A DNA stretch of 64,000 bases, taken from the NCBI RefSeq assembly GCF_009834535.1, contig NC_045696.1:97094001-97158000 (forward strand). The letters run 5' to 3'. Under the pieces are notes generated by a model. It had not been told where the DNA came from. It made no database searches and saw only the letters and a list, made by a program, of their open reading frames with translations. Both the position numbers and the translations under genes were made by a program. Positions 49,737-61,479 of the stretch are shown here, in pieces; the stretch's first letter is position 1, and the number at the start of each line of letters is the position of its first letter. The DNA comes from Camelus ferus. Lineage: Eukaryota.

Positions 49737-50106
49737 TGTAACCGGTAGGACAGGCTATCTTGCTGTCACAAACAGCCCAAAGCCTCAATGATTTAATGCA
49801 GTAAAAGCTTGTCTTGTTCCACAAGTGGGTGCAGATGGATGGCTTTCCAGGGCAGCTCTCTCTGAACATCTGGGCTCCTCTCATCGGGCACAAGTTGGAG
49901 TCCTTCGCTTGTTGTTGTATCGATGAAGAAGAGAGAGCAAAAAGGGACCGTGGGATATCACATGGGAGGCTGGAAGGAGGCTATAACGTCTGCCAATATT
50001 CCAGTTGCCAGACGTCTGCTGTTATGACCAACCTGACTCCAAAGGCGGGGCTGGGAAACGCTACAAAGGACACAAATTTGGTAGAACACTAACGGTTTCC
50101 ACCACA
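49737..50106 (-). mobile_element. Old MaLR LTR (MLT1I/J2-like) inserted into a MIR (~49600-50150)
   Basis: tgtaaccggtaggacaggctatcttgctgtcacaaacagcccaaa...ggctgggaaa...ccacca; MIR sequence on both sides. Confidence 0.6.
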
Positions 50107-50539
50107 ACCATCTCATAGGACTGTCACGAGCCACACGTACGAAGCACCTACAAATATTTTCATTCCATTTTGTCTAGATTTTCTTGGGTTTTGCTTTAAG
50201 TGAGGAGAATGTCACACAGCAGAGTTTCCCTGGTTTTATTCACCACAAATAAAGGTGCTCACAAGCTTCTGTTCCACTTGCTTCCCTGTGCAGCCTGGCG
50301 CTGGGACTGGTGACTCTGACAGCCAGCCGGGCCGCTCTTGCCCTCAGGCTTTGTGGTTCTTGGAGGAGGTGTTTTTTGAGCAATCTCAGCGCACTAAGAT
50401 CTGTTGCACATCAGTAGCGCTTCCAACTCCGTGACATTGTGGACCAGGAACTTTTAGAAGCTCTTGGGCAGCCTGACTTCCTTGTCTTGTGGTTCCCACA
50501 GCCAGTATTGGGCATGATGATCTGGCCCTTGAATCTTTT

Positions 50540-50553
50540 CTGCCCCCTGTTGG
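50540..50553 (-). promoter_or_regulatory. CTCF core motif
   Basis: Minus strand CCAACAGGGGGCAG, one mismatch from CCACCAGGGGGCAG. Confidence 0.5.
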
Positions 50554-50739
50554 CAATACCTCTGAGTTTCTTCCAGTTACACTTAATGTTGGTGTATTGG
50601 TCTGACTGGTGCTAGATGAACTTCTTGGTCCATTTTTGGTGATCAGGGGCTTCGTGAGAGTTCTGAGGACAACCGTGATGCCAAATAGGAGATGGCTGCT
50701 ACCTCAGGAAGAGAGAGGAAGGTGATTTTTTTGGTTTCT

Positions 50740-51155
50740 TCTTTAAAAAATAAGTTTGGATACAAAATTAATCAATATTCATCATAGAAAACTTATTTGG
50801 TACACATAAGCAAAAAAAGTAAAATAAAAATCACCTGTAATCTCACCACCTAGAGATAATAGCTATTAAAATATGAACCTTTTATTTTCTTTTACAAAAA
50901 TAAGATTTTATTACACTTATCCACGTAGAAGCTTGTTTTATTCATTTATTTTTTAACATAATGGCATAGTGTAACCAGTTTGGGCTGTCATTCCATGCTC
51001 TCCCTCATCATCATTTTCAATACCTATGAAAGTGAGTGTTATAGTCTACAATTTTTTTTAACATGTTGTTAATTGTTGGACATTCTTACTATTATAATCG
51101 ACACTGTGATGACCATTTGATGCTAAATCTTTGTGCACATCCTTGGCTATTTCAT
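50740..51155 (-). mobile_element. Very old L1 (L1ME-type) 3' fragment
   Basis: aaaatcacctgtaatctcaccacctagagataa...cactgtgatgaccatttgatgctaaatctttgtgcacatcc. Confidence 0.6.
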
Positions 51156-51789
51156 TGTTAACCTGGGTTTTTCCACTTCCTTTAGTTCCCTGGGTTGGAG
51201 CCAGGCATACATAGCAGAGAACACCTGGCTGGTCACGCTGCTCACTTAATCAGCCGTGCAGATTGGAACTGGTGGAACAGGTTGGATGTATTGCTATAAA
51301 AACCAGCCAACCCCAGCTTTGACTCTTAAAATTACTCCTGTTCCCTGCAGATTATGTCCCCAACTCAAACGTTCTCTGGCACACATAGTGAGGGAACTGC
51401 CTCGTGCGTTATCTCATGGTCTTAAAAAAAAACACTGTCATCCTCACCGGAGTCCAGAGGAGCCCCTGGCAGCATGGGCTTGGTTACTATTTATACAGTA
51501 TGTTTTATACGTGCTGGCAGGTGCCAAGTGTATTAAGGACAATGAGAGTCACTTGCACGAGGCATATGGGATCAGGATATAAAATGATTTGAAGTCTTTT
51601 TTTTTTTTTTTTGGTACAATGTATCTTCTTATATAAAATCTACAGATCTGCTTCCAAACCGAATTTTTAAATATCTGGCAGAGATGTTTCACAAGAACTA
51701 TTCCTCTTCTCTTAGATCTTTTCTCAGACTCATCTCTGTCTAAACAGGGCTCAGACAGAGGTTAGCAAAGCTCTTAAATGATCGTACCA

Positions 51790-52640
51790 TCCCCTGTTTT
51801 TAAAATGCCCCAGCCCCTTGGCTGCCCACACAGGACGAAGTCCAAACAGACAATTTCCTTGTTTGGGGCCGAATCTGGCCCCAAACCTTCCTCTGCAGCT
51901 TTATCTCCTGCCTGTCACTCCTTTCCTAGTGAACCACTGTGGATTATAACACTTTGTATCATAACTTGTTTAAACATCTGTCTCCCCTTCCCCATAATTT
52001 ATCTTTTAACCACAAGATCTTGTGGTTAAGGCGCTCCTCCCCTCTGTTTATGTCTAAGAATCTAGCACCTGGTATACAGTAGGCAATCAGTAAATGTCTG
52101 TCATAAAATGAATAGCGAATACATGATAAGAAGGGCTAGCACTTGCTGTGCCCTGAGAGCTTCACCTGTGTTACCTCACTGAGTCCTCACGACAACCCAT
52201 CAACCTGGTACTCTCACCACCTCCGTTCATAGGTGAAAAACGAAGACACAGAGATTAAGAAACTGTCCAACAGCAATCAATAGATGGCAGAACGGGGTTT
52301 GAATCCAGGCAGTCAGGTTCCAAAGTCCTGGTTCATCACCTACAATGGATGAAATTTACTGTAGACTAACTGGTGTTAACCGTGTCACTGGAACAGAGAT
52401 CACACGTGGGGAAGCAGTCCCGTTTTCTTGATGGGTGCACGAGCTTATAGACTGACTACTTCTACTTAAATTCTGTTCTCACCATTTAGTAGCTTTTGGA
52501 GTTTGGGAAAGTTATTTAGATTTTCTCAGCCTCTGTTTTCCCATCCATAAGTGGCCCCCTCCTAATGAGATTATAGAGAACATTAAATGATATAATCCTT
52601 ATTAAGCGCCTGGCATATCACAGGAGCTCAATAAATACTG
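51790..52640. mobile_element. Cluster: L2 tail (to ~52115), MIR minus (~52140-52340), MIR plus (~52450-52640)
   Basis: tctagcacctggtatacagtaggcaatcagtaaatgtctg; ggcagaacggggtttgaatccaggcagtc; gcgcctggcatatcacaggagctcaataaat. Confidence 0.65.
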
Positions 52641-52770
52641 TACACGCATAGCTATGATTGCCAGATCATAACACTCATACTTACTGCTATTTGCTGTCCT
52701 GGAGGGAATATTTCAAATACCTTGGCAAACAGGCCACTCATTCTGTAGTCACCTGCTTTGCACATGAGTC

Positions 52771-52801
52771 TGTGTGTGTGTGTATGTGTGTGTGTGTGTG
52801 T
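52771..52801. repeat. (TG)n microsatellite
   Basis: Seen directly, with one interruption. Confidence 0.95.
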
Positions 52802-54189
52802 ACTGATCACACAACATGAATATGAAATGACAAGGTCCCTAATCCACCTAGAGGGCTTCCCACATTATGTTCTGTATCAGCCATATCTGTTTCAGTTTTC
52901 CAGGGCAGCACCAAACAGGGCTTTGATGTCATACTGCCTGACAGCTCTCAGGGACCCTCTAGTTCCAACACTCCATCAGTCAAAGATTAAGACCTCTCCC
53001 AGACCTCAGGCAGACATGAGAACTTGGGGGTAGAGCAAAAGTTGGAGGCAGCTCTACCCAGAACCCAGAAAAGAGCTCTGCCTTCAACCCATCACTAATA
53101 AGACGCCAGCACACAGCACCACCCAAGCCTGTTTGGGCTCAACCTCCCAGAGACTAAATTCTTTGGGTTCTTCTCCCATCTGGAGGGGGCTGGGTGGAGT
53201 TTGCCCATGATCCCATACCTCCCTCTTCTTGTTTTATTTCTAGTGGGTCTAGGCAGTTGTGCCCTGAAAATATATCTCTGCCTGGAAGAAATACAATCTC
53301 CTTTCTTTCATCACCAAAATTCCAGTTTAAAGCTGAGAGTAACCTGAACTTCTGAAAAGTAAAGGGAGAAATCGGTCAGCACAATTCAGAAAGATGCTGA
53401 GAGAAAGAGAGAGGCAGAGTAAACAGCATGAAAGCTTCTCAAAGATGAGGCAGCAACAGCCCAAGGCAATGATAACAACCAGTAAGCACAGAGCCCCGAT
53501 CTGTACAAGCAAAGCTCATAAAAACCAGCCAACACCAGCCTAAATTCAGCCTCGAGTATTATTAGTCAGACTAATTGGTGAAGAAAGGGTTTGGGGGACA
53601 TTGTAACTTGCCTAGGATCACACGAGTCAGTGAAGAGCTATCAGGACCCACAGTGTTTCCTCTGTCTTTTCAGAAGACGTGGTTGCTGGGAGGATGCAAA
53701 GACCCATGGAATGTTAGTGTTAGAAGGAATCTACCCAGCTCTGCCCCCTCGTTTCTACCTGGGGAGGAACTAAGGGTCAGAGTGAATCCATTTGCCCAAG
53801 GTCACAAAGCATGACTGCCTGTCCATCAGGCCTAACACGGTGTGGGCTGCATGGTGGAGCTGGGACACCCCTGGTGTGCTGCAGAGTGGGAAAGAGCATG
53901 TGGCAGGGTCTCACAGGAAATGTGGCGTGTTTTTCTGCCCACTTGCACAAGTCAATTTCATTTTGGACCCCGTATGTGGAGTTAATTTTGCACCCAGAGG
54001 AGAGACTACAGGGTTCCCAGACCAGAGAGAGAAACTTCCAGGGCTATGCTCCCCAGGTAACCAAACAGATGGAGGAGCCAATCAAGTTGCCAAATACTGA
54101 TGTGGCCATTCTTTTGCTACACATGACTACGGATTATTAACATTTTCTTAGCAAGAAAAGAAAGGGCATCATTTTCAGGATGCTTCTTG

Positions 54190-54370
54190 TAACTCACGCT
54201 GAGCCCTTATCCTATGCGGGCAGAATTATTTAATCCTCAGCAACACCAAGCAGTTACTGTTATCCCCATTTTAAAGAAGGGGAAATTAAGGCACACACAG
54301 AAAAAAGGTTAAGTAACTTGCTCAAGGCCTTGCAAACAGTAAATAATTTAACTTCAGAACCTGACTCTTC
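54190..54370 (-). mobile_element. MIR SINE
   Basis: tatccccattttaaagaaggggaaattaaggcac...ggttaagtaacttgctcaagg. Confidence 0.75.
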
Positions 54371-54682
54371 ATCTTGATTATCAACTTTCTTGTAAAACTG
54401 CATATTTCTTATTTCATAGCATGGGTTCAGTCATTCTTTTCAAGTTCTGTTCTCTTTATCAAGTCTTAAATGAAAGTACCCCTCCAGGGATTAATGTTGA
54501 CTAACGCCTGAACCAAATCTGTTTGTAACAGTAGAGCTGATGGTGTTCAGTTAATTTGCTGTTCTTAAAAAATGTTACTTTGACAAGACTTTTTTTTCAG
54601 TTTGAATAGGCTATATGCCACATAACCAATGTTAGCATGCTGGTATATTTCCTTCCTGCCACTTTTCTTTTTATTTAACATG

Positions 54683-55251
54683 TGTGGAGGAGGAAAAACT
54701 TTCTCCTGTACCCTCTTATGTTTAGCGTCTGGGGACCTGCAAATTAAACTGACAAAGGACAGATCAACAGGAGAATAAAACCAAGTTTATTTATGTGTGC
54801 AATATGCGTACACACTGGAGAATTCAGTAATGAGTAACTCAACTGGGTGGTTAGAATTGGGGGCTTATATACCATTTTAACAAAGGCTGATACATTCGTA
54901 GAGAAATGCAAGACAAAGAAAAAGGGAGTTGGGCTCCTGGCAGTGGTAAATTGTGAGCAGGAAAATATATGGGGAAACTAATGGAAAATAAGTTATTTCA
55001 GCAAGACTCGTCTGTGCAGACCCATCTCAGTGCTGGACTTTCTGTCTCCAGTGATAATGGTTGTTCTCCTCCTGGTCCAGGAGAGAAGAGGGGAACACTT
55101 TCACAAAGGAAAATTTATATCCTGCTTTTAGGCAAATAGTGGGAAGGCAGAGAGTTCTTTCTGTGTTTGCTGCTTCTTCATTGTCTTCAGCTCGTAACAA
55201 TTCTTATGCCAAAGTGGCATATTTTGGGATGGCCTATCCTGATTCCCTTCA
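54683..55251 (-). mobile_element. ERV1 solo LTR (MER34A-like)
   Basis: Minus strand begins TGAAGGGAATCAGGATAGGCCATCCCAAAATATGCCACTTTGGCATAAG; near-TSD catg/cagg. Confidence 0.85.
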
Positions 55252-56882
55252 CAGGATAAAACCTGCAGGGAGCATTCAATTTCTTATCTGCCTCCTCCTC
55301 CCTCACTAGCTAATGTATTGTTTTGTGTGGCTATGTAGTCTTTATGACTTTTCAATGAATAAATAACATTTCATTGAGTAGATCCATCATTATTTGATCA
55401 TGATGATAAATAAATAGGGCACATAAAGCCCTATGATGAGATATTTGGGCCATTCCCAAATTCCTCATGTTATCAACAGCTGCAGTACACGTCATCTTTT
55501 CTTTACTTACTGAATATATTTTATTCTAGGTTAGCAGAATTTTCATTCTCTTAAGGAAGCTCAAAGCATGGTTTATATCTTTGTGAGTGTCAATAGGGAG
55601 ACTTAGCTTCATGAGCCAACCCAGAAGTCTCAGCCAGTTCAGTGAAGAACACGAAAGGTCTGCATAAATCAGTAGCAACAAGAGGAGCGAGTTGCCACAC
55701 CAACCAAGAGAATATGTACAAGTGATTTAGGAAGGCTGGAAACATCACCAGGGCACAATGTCCCAGCTGGAGAGACAAGTCTGGTATCACAGGGAACACA
55801 GGCTACCCAGCTGCACAGGGGCAGTTTTTCTAAACATGACAAGTTATTCATGAGTCCCAGATCACTTGGGGCATTCTCAGTTCCCTGCAATAACCAAAAG
55901 TCACTGCACACGTGCACAGACACACACAGTCTAGAAATGTCCGTTCTCCTGCTCATTCATGTAGCAGAGGTGGGAGACCTTGGGATTAGGAGGCAGGAAG
56001 ACCTCAGTTAGGATCTCGGCTTCAACCCTGCCCACCAAGTTGACTCAACATGACTATTTCCCGGCTTCCTCACATGCGAAATGGGAACCACATTTAAGGG
56101 AATGATTAAGTGGATTTTTTAATGAGCGCTTTAAAGACCACAGAGAGTACAAAAATGTTAGCTCTCACGTATTGTTAGATCATTTAGAAATGCTGGCTTT
56201 TTTCCATAGTTATCACCCATCTTAGGGGCCGAGGGTAGAAGTGATTACGTATCCATAGTCTGGTATTTTATATTTCCTTAACAGGATACTTAACAAGATA
56301 GTTCAAGATTTTTCAAAAGGGAGATATGGATAAATTGTTTATATCTTCTGCTTTAGGAGATTCAAAAGAAAGAGTGGTATTTTCCCCTCAGCCTGCCTGT
56401 GGTGTGAGAGTCTGAGCCACATGCCTCCAGGGCCTGACCAGCTTTCCTGATGCTAAGCCCCTGGAAGACCCCACCCCCACCCCTGGGATCCCTGTAGAGT
56501 TTTGAGCTTGTAAACCCTGCATTCTGAGAAATCTCGATCAAATCTTGGGAATCTCTCTCACCTCTTTGTCCATATTAAATTAGTTGCCAAGCACATTAAA
56601 TTCAGTTGCCAAGTTCTTTCGTTCTGTTCTTTCAATTGAGTGTCTCTGCTCTAGTCCCCCTGCTGCTGTCCTAATCTGTCCCCAGGACCTCTTGCTTTGT
56701 CTAATGTCATCACCTGTCTAGTTTTTCCTCATTTCAAGCCATCTGACACATCACTGTCAGAGACTGATTTTATTGCTAATGACATCCTTTGCCTCAAAAT
56801 AATCTACTGTCTCCAAGTTGCATGATGAATTAAGTACTGAACTATTTTAACATGATATTCAAGGCCCTCTACAGAATATCAA

Positions 56883-57300
56883 TGTAGCAGAAACTGCCAA
56901 TTTGTCCTCTCCCTTCTCCTTAATGAGACTCTGTTTCCTTACTGAATGTTAGCCAGACTGCATGGCAGTTCTGAATAAGGACTACATTTCCCAGCCTCCC
57001 TTTTAGTTGGGGAGCCATGTGACTTAATTCTGCCAATGAAATGTAAGACGTGACCTGTGCAACCTCTGGGAAGTACCTTAGGGAAGAGACCCATGATTTT
57101 TTGCCCTCCCCTTCCTCCTTCCTGCTGGCTGGGATGCAGACGTGGTGGCTGAAACTCAAGTAGCCATCTTGAACCATAGATGGAAGCCACACACTGGGTA
57201 TGACAAAGCCTGGTTCCCTGATCCCATGGAGACCACACCGGTCCTAAATTGACTGTCTTGGGACTTGTTTTATACAAAAAAAGAATAAACTTCTATCTTC
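56883..57300 (+). mobile_element. MaLR LTR (MLT1J)
   Basis: tgtagcagaaactgcc...gactacatttcccagcctccc...gccatcttgaacca...aataaacttctatctt. Confidence 0.85.
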
Positions 57301-57335
57301 CATTGTTTTATTATACTTTCCCAAATATGCATTTT

Positions 57336-58038
57336 TAACAGCTTTATTTTGGAATAATTGATATTAAAAAAAACTGCACACATTTAATGCATACAATTTG
57401 ATGAGTTTCGGACATATGCATACACTTGTGAAACCCTCACTGCAGTCAAGGTAATGGCCATGTTCAGCATCTTCAAAAGTTTCCTTGTACCTCTTTGTTG
57501 TTGCTATTGTTGTCATAAGAACACTTAACAGGAGATCCATCTGCAACACATTTTTAAGTGCATAATACAGTATTCTTAACTTCAGGCGCAATGTTTTTCA
57601 GTAGATCACTACAACTTATTTATCTTGTATAACTGAAACTTTATACTAATTGAACACCTCACCATTTTCCCCTTCCCCCAACACCTGGCAACCAGCATTC
57701 TGTTCTCTATCTCTATGAATTTGATTATAGTAGATACCTCATACAAGTGGAATCATGCAGCATTTGTTTTTCTGACTAATCTCACTTAGCATAATACCCC
57801 CAGATTTACCTATGGTGACATATATGATAGGATTTCCTTCTTTTTTAAGGCAGAATAATATTCCATAGTGTGAGCATACCAAATGTTCTTTATTCATTCT
57901 TTTGTTGATGGGCATCTGGGTTATTTCCATATCTTGGCTATTGTGAATCGTACTGCAGTGGACATGGGAGTGCAGATTATCTCTTTGACATCTTGATTTC
58001 AATTCTTTTGGATATATACCCAGAAGTAGGTTTGGGGT
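57336..58038 (-). mobile_element. L1 (L1MA/L1MB-type) 3' region with TSD
   Basis: 15-bp duplication ccaaatatgcatttt at 57321-57335 and 58039-58053; ORF 57739-58098 gives LLGIYPKELKS (L1 ORF2 end). Confidence 0.85.
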
Positions 58039-58719
58039 CCAAATATGCATTTTAATAAGTGATTTATTGGGATATAATTCACATACCACAATTTTCACTT
58101 TTTAAAAGTGCCAGTCTTCTCATATACTTGTCCCCTATCCTTTGGACCCATAACTTTTTCATTTGTTACAGTTGGCCTTGTTTCATATTATTATGCACCT
58201 GTCACATCTCCTCTACTCAAATCCTGTAGTACCTGGCATTTTTAGGAGCTCAGTTGTTTTAAACTTAAGACTTTATTGCTGATTATATTTGTGAACATAT
58301 AAAAACATTAGTTAAATTCAAATTCCAAGATGAACAAAATCAAATATATCTGAGAAGCCTGTATATAATACTTTGATTTAGTTCTAGAGAACAGGTATTC
58401 TTTTCAAGCCAACACATTAAACTTAAAGAAGTTTAGCAATATTAACATAATATAATTCAAAACAGGATCGTATTTAACAAATTTGTCAATTGTTCTTTCA
58501 TTGTGCAGATTTTAGTCTGGGTCCTGATACAGAAGAAAAGGGGGCACCTCTTAATGGTTAACAAATCTTAGCAATCCCAGTTTGCAAATGAGGAAACTAA
58601 AGCCCATAATAAGAAGGTATTATTTCAGGAAATGGTACCTCATCATTTGATATTATCTAAAGACTTTAATCATAACCAGTTTCCTGCAGCTCTGAGACTC
58701 TTACTTCCCCTACATCAAT

Positions 58720-58893
58720 CAGCACTTCTCAGAATGTGGTCTACAGAAGACTACGGAGGCTTGATCCACATATGGATTCAGGGGCTCCACCCAATTCCTA
58801 TGAATTAGAACCCTTAGGGACGGGGCTCTAGAATATGCATTTTTAATAAGCTTCTCAGAAGATTTTTATGCACATTGGAGTTTGAGGACCTCA
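58720..58893. mobile_element. MER5-family hAT MITE
   Basis: cagcacttctcagaatgtggtc...aatatgcatttttaataagcttctcagaagatttttatgcacattggagtttgagg. Confidence 0.7.
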
Positions 58894-59249
58894 ATTCTGC
58901 ATAATTAATGATACATTAAACCAAATTATCTCAGCCCTCATTGAGTGTCAGAAGCTCCATGGAACTTGAATTACTCTGTTTCTGGGCTCCAGTCCCAGAT
59001 ATTCTAAGTCCGCCAGCTTTGAAGATGACTCCATTCCACTCCCACTTAACTAAGACTCAACTACCCAGAGGTTTGGAATAATTGCTGAGTGGACTATGCA
59101 CTTGGATGAAAAATCAGTAATTCATAAAATCACCTAAGGCACTGAATAACACCTGGAAATAGGTAAGGTTCGTTTATGTTCTTCATGCTAAGCCATCCCT
59201 GTATGGAAGAAAGCTGGAATACTATATATATGGAAAGAGTTTCAATAGG

Positions 59250-59690
59250 ATTGTGCTGACTTCCCAAAGACCACCAGCAAAACCTGTTAATCAAGAAAAA
59301 CTAAGCTTCTTAGCCTTATGGTAATAAGAGAGAACATCACCCTGACAGACAAGATTGTCTCAAAAGGGGAAAGTCAAGGAAGGCTATTTAGAGGATTTTA
59401 GGGCCTGGGATAAAAGACTTGAAGGCAAGCCTTGGAAAGCAGGAAACTGGGGTTGGACAGAGTTTACAACACAATAGCTTTGGGTTGTTGGGCGCAGGGA
59501 GGACAGGGTCTTAAAGAGTCTTGATGGGCATGTTGTCACTCTTGGTAAGTAAATCATTTTGCCTGGCTCTCAGTCTTACCCTCCAGGAGCAAGTACTTCC
59601 TGGAGCAAGAAGATAAATTATTTGGTCTGGTCCCAGGATTGTTGAACACAAGAGGAAAGTATATTTGTTTCCACTCTAACTGAAATTAAA
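59250..59690 (-). mobile_element. Old ERV LTR (MER89/MER90-like)
   Basis: aatcaagaaaaactaagcttcttagccttatggtaataagagagaacatcaccctgacaga; similar to 15605-15850. Confidence 0.4.
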
Positions 59691-60787
59691 ATATTTACAC
59701 TGACACCTCAATTATCCCTAAATACCCACATTTCCAGAATTTTACATTCTGCAAGCACTGTGGTAGAAACCCACCAATTAACATTTGTGCTTCATTGAAC
59801 AGTTTACAGAAAGCATTCATAGACATTGTGTCTTTTGATGCAATAACTTGTGTAGTAGTTAAGTCAGGTGACTTAATATTCACATTTTATAGATAAGAAA
59901 ATAATAACTCTGAGAAGTTATGCAATTTGTCTTAAAAGTAAAATGCTTTATCCAGAAACTGAACATTGATATTCAGACTCCAAAATCCATACTCTTAAAT
60001 AGCACCGCAAACAGGTTTTGTGATATTACACTGGAGGCTTAAAAAAAAAAAAGAATAGAAAAGAGAAAAAGTGATGAGGAATCTGGAGATAGCCCTTGAA
60101 GCTTGTTTAGTGTAATTTGGTTGTAGGAATACTAGAAGGACCTCATTATAACTTGGCCACAGCTATAAACTTCCAGAATCATGGACCCTAGAGAACGAGC
60201 TGTAAGTAATTAGCAAAGTATAAATCAACTGAGAAATAAGAAATAAACGATGACTTCCTGAGTGCAAAAAGCACTGCATAGCACTTTTGTCCAGGTTGCT
60301 ATTAGCTCTTTAATGCAGACAACCTAGAAGCAAGTTCTGTGGGTTCCAAATTGTAAACTCTTACAGAGTGAAATGTGTTTTTCAAGGACACAAAGCCCCC
60401 CAAGCCTTACCAGGAAGTTACGCAGTTTTTGAAGCAGAAACTTACTGGCGGGACTTAATGAGCCGTGTCACTTCCATTAATGAAATGAAATATACCACAT
60501 TTCCAAATGTCCCTTTAAATTGCAAATTTGTCTAAACAGATCTTTTCAGATAAGCAAATGCCACAATTCCCTCTGGACTAGAAAAGCACACTCTATGATG
60601 ATTTGGGAAAAAAAAATCACAAAGTTGGATAAGGGAATAAATCACAGATATGGTAGGTGTTACATATATAATGAACTATTTCTTGGAAACTGAAAGTCCA
60701 AAGAGATTAAGTTTGTAAAGCTGCTTGAAGAGTGGAAGAGATCAATTGTCCCCTGCGCTTTTCTCATGAAGGGCCCACACTCTAAAT

Positions 60788-61122
60788 CAGGGGCTCTCAG
60801 CGCTCACTGTACATTAAAATCATCTGGGGAGCTTTGAAAATTCCTGATTTTTAAGCCTCACCTCAGACCACGTGGGTTTTTAAACTTCCCCAGGTGATTC
60901 CAAAGTGCGAGCAGAATTTAGCAACAGTGCCCAAAACCGGTGGTTCTTGAAGTGTGATCCTCAGACCAGCAGCAGCATCTGGGAACTTGCTCGGCATGCA
61001 GATTCTTCAGCCCCACCCCAGCCTCTCTGAAACAGAAATTCCAGGGGTAGGATTTAGCAGTCTGTGTTGTCAGGAGCCTCCAGGTGATTCTGTATAGACT
61101 AGAGCATTCTTCAGAGGCACTG
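60788..61122. mobile_element. Two tandem MER5A-type MITEs (60788-60929 and 60938-61122)
   Basis: Each has cag/cgg...ca(g/c)tg ends and ccaggtgattc; outer 8-bp sites ctctaaat and ttctaaat match the Charlie target preference. Confidence 0.8.
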
Positions 61123-61479
61123 TTCTAAATAAAAGGACTGCATCCCTCCACCTGCAGCTTAAGGGAACCCAAGCCTGACCTGCCCTAAACACTGCTTGGG
61201 ACCTGGGGCTTTTGTCTAAAGATAGAAGCCACTATTGACACAACACCCAGGCCACTGGCTTTAGGTAAACTGTGAAGTATTGTGTATAAGTATAAACTGT
61301 GGGACTTTAAGGTAGGATGAACAACAAAAGTCCTGGGCCCCAAGTGCAGGGCTGGTCCCACAAGGCAGGCTGATCTCATAACAGAGCATCTCCTGGGGAC
61401 TGCTGTCAGTAACCCATGGCCAACATTTGGGGTTTTCCTCCTAGTACACATTACACCTTCTGACTGTCAAGATTTTTAT

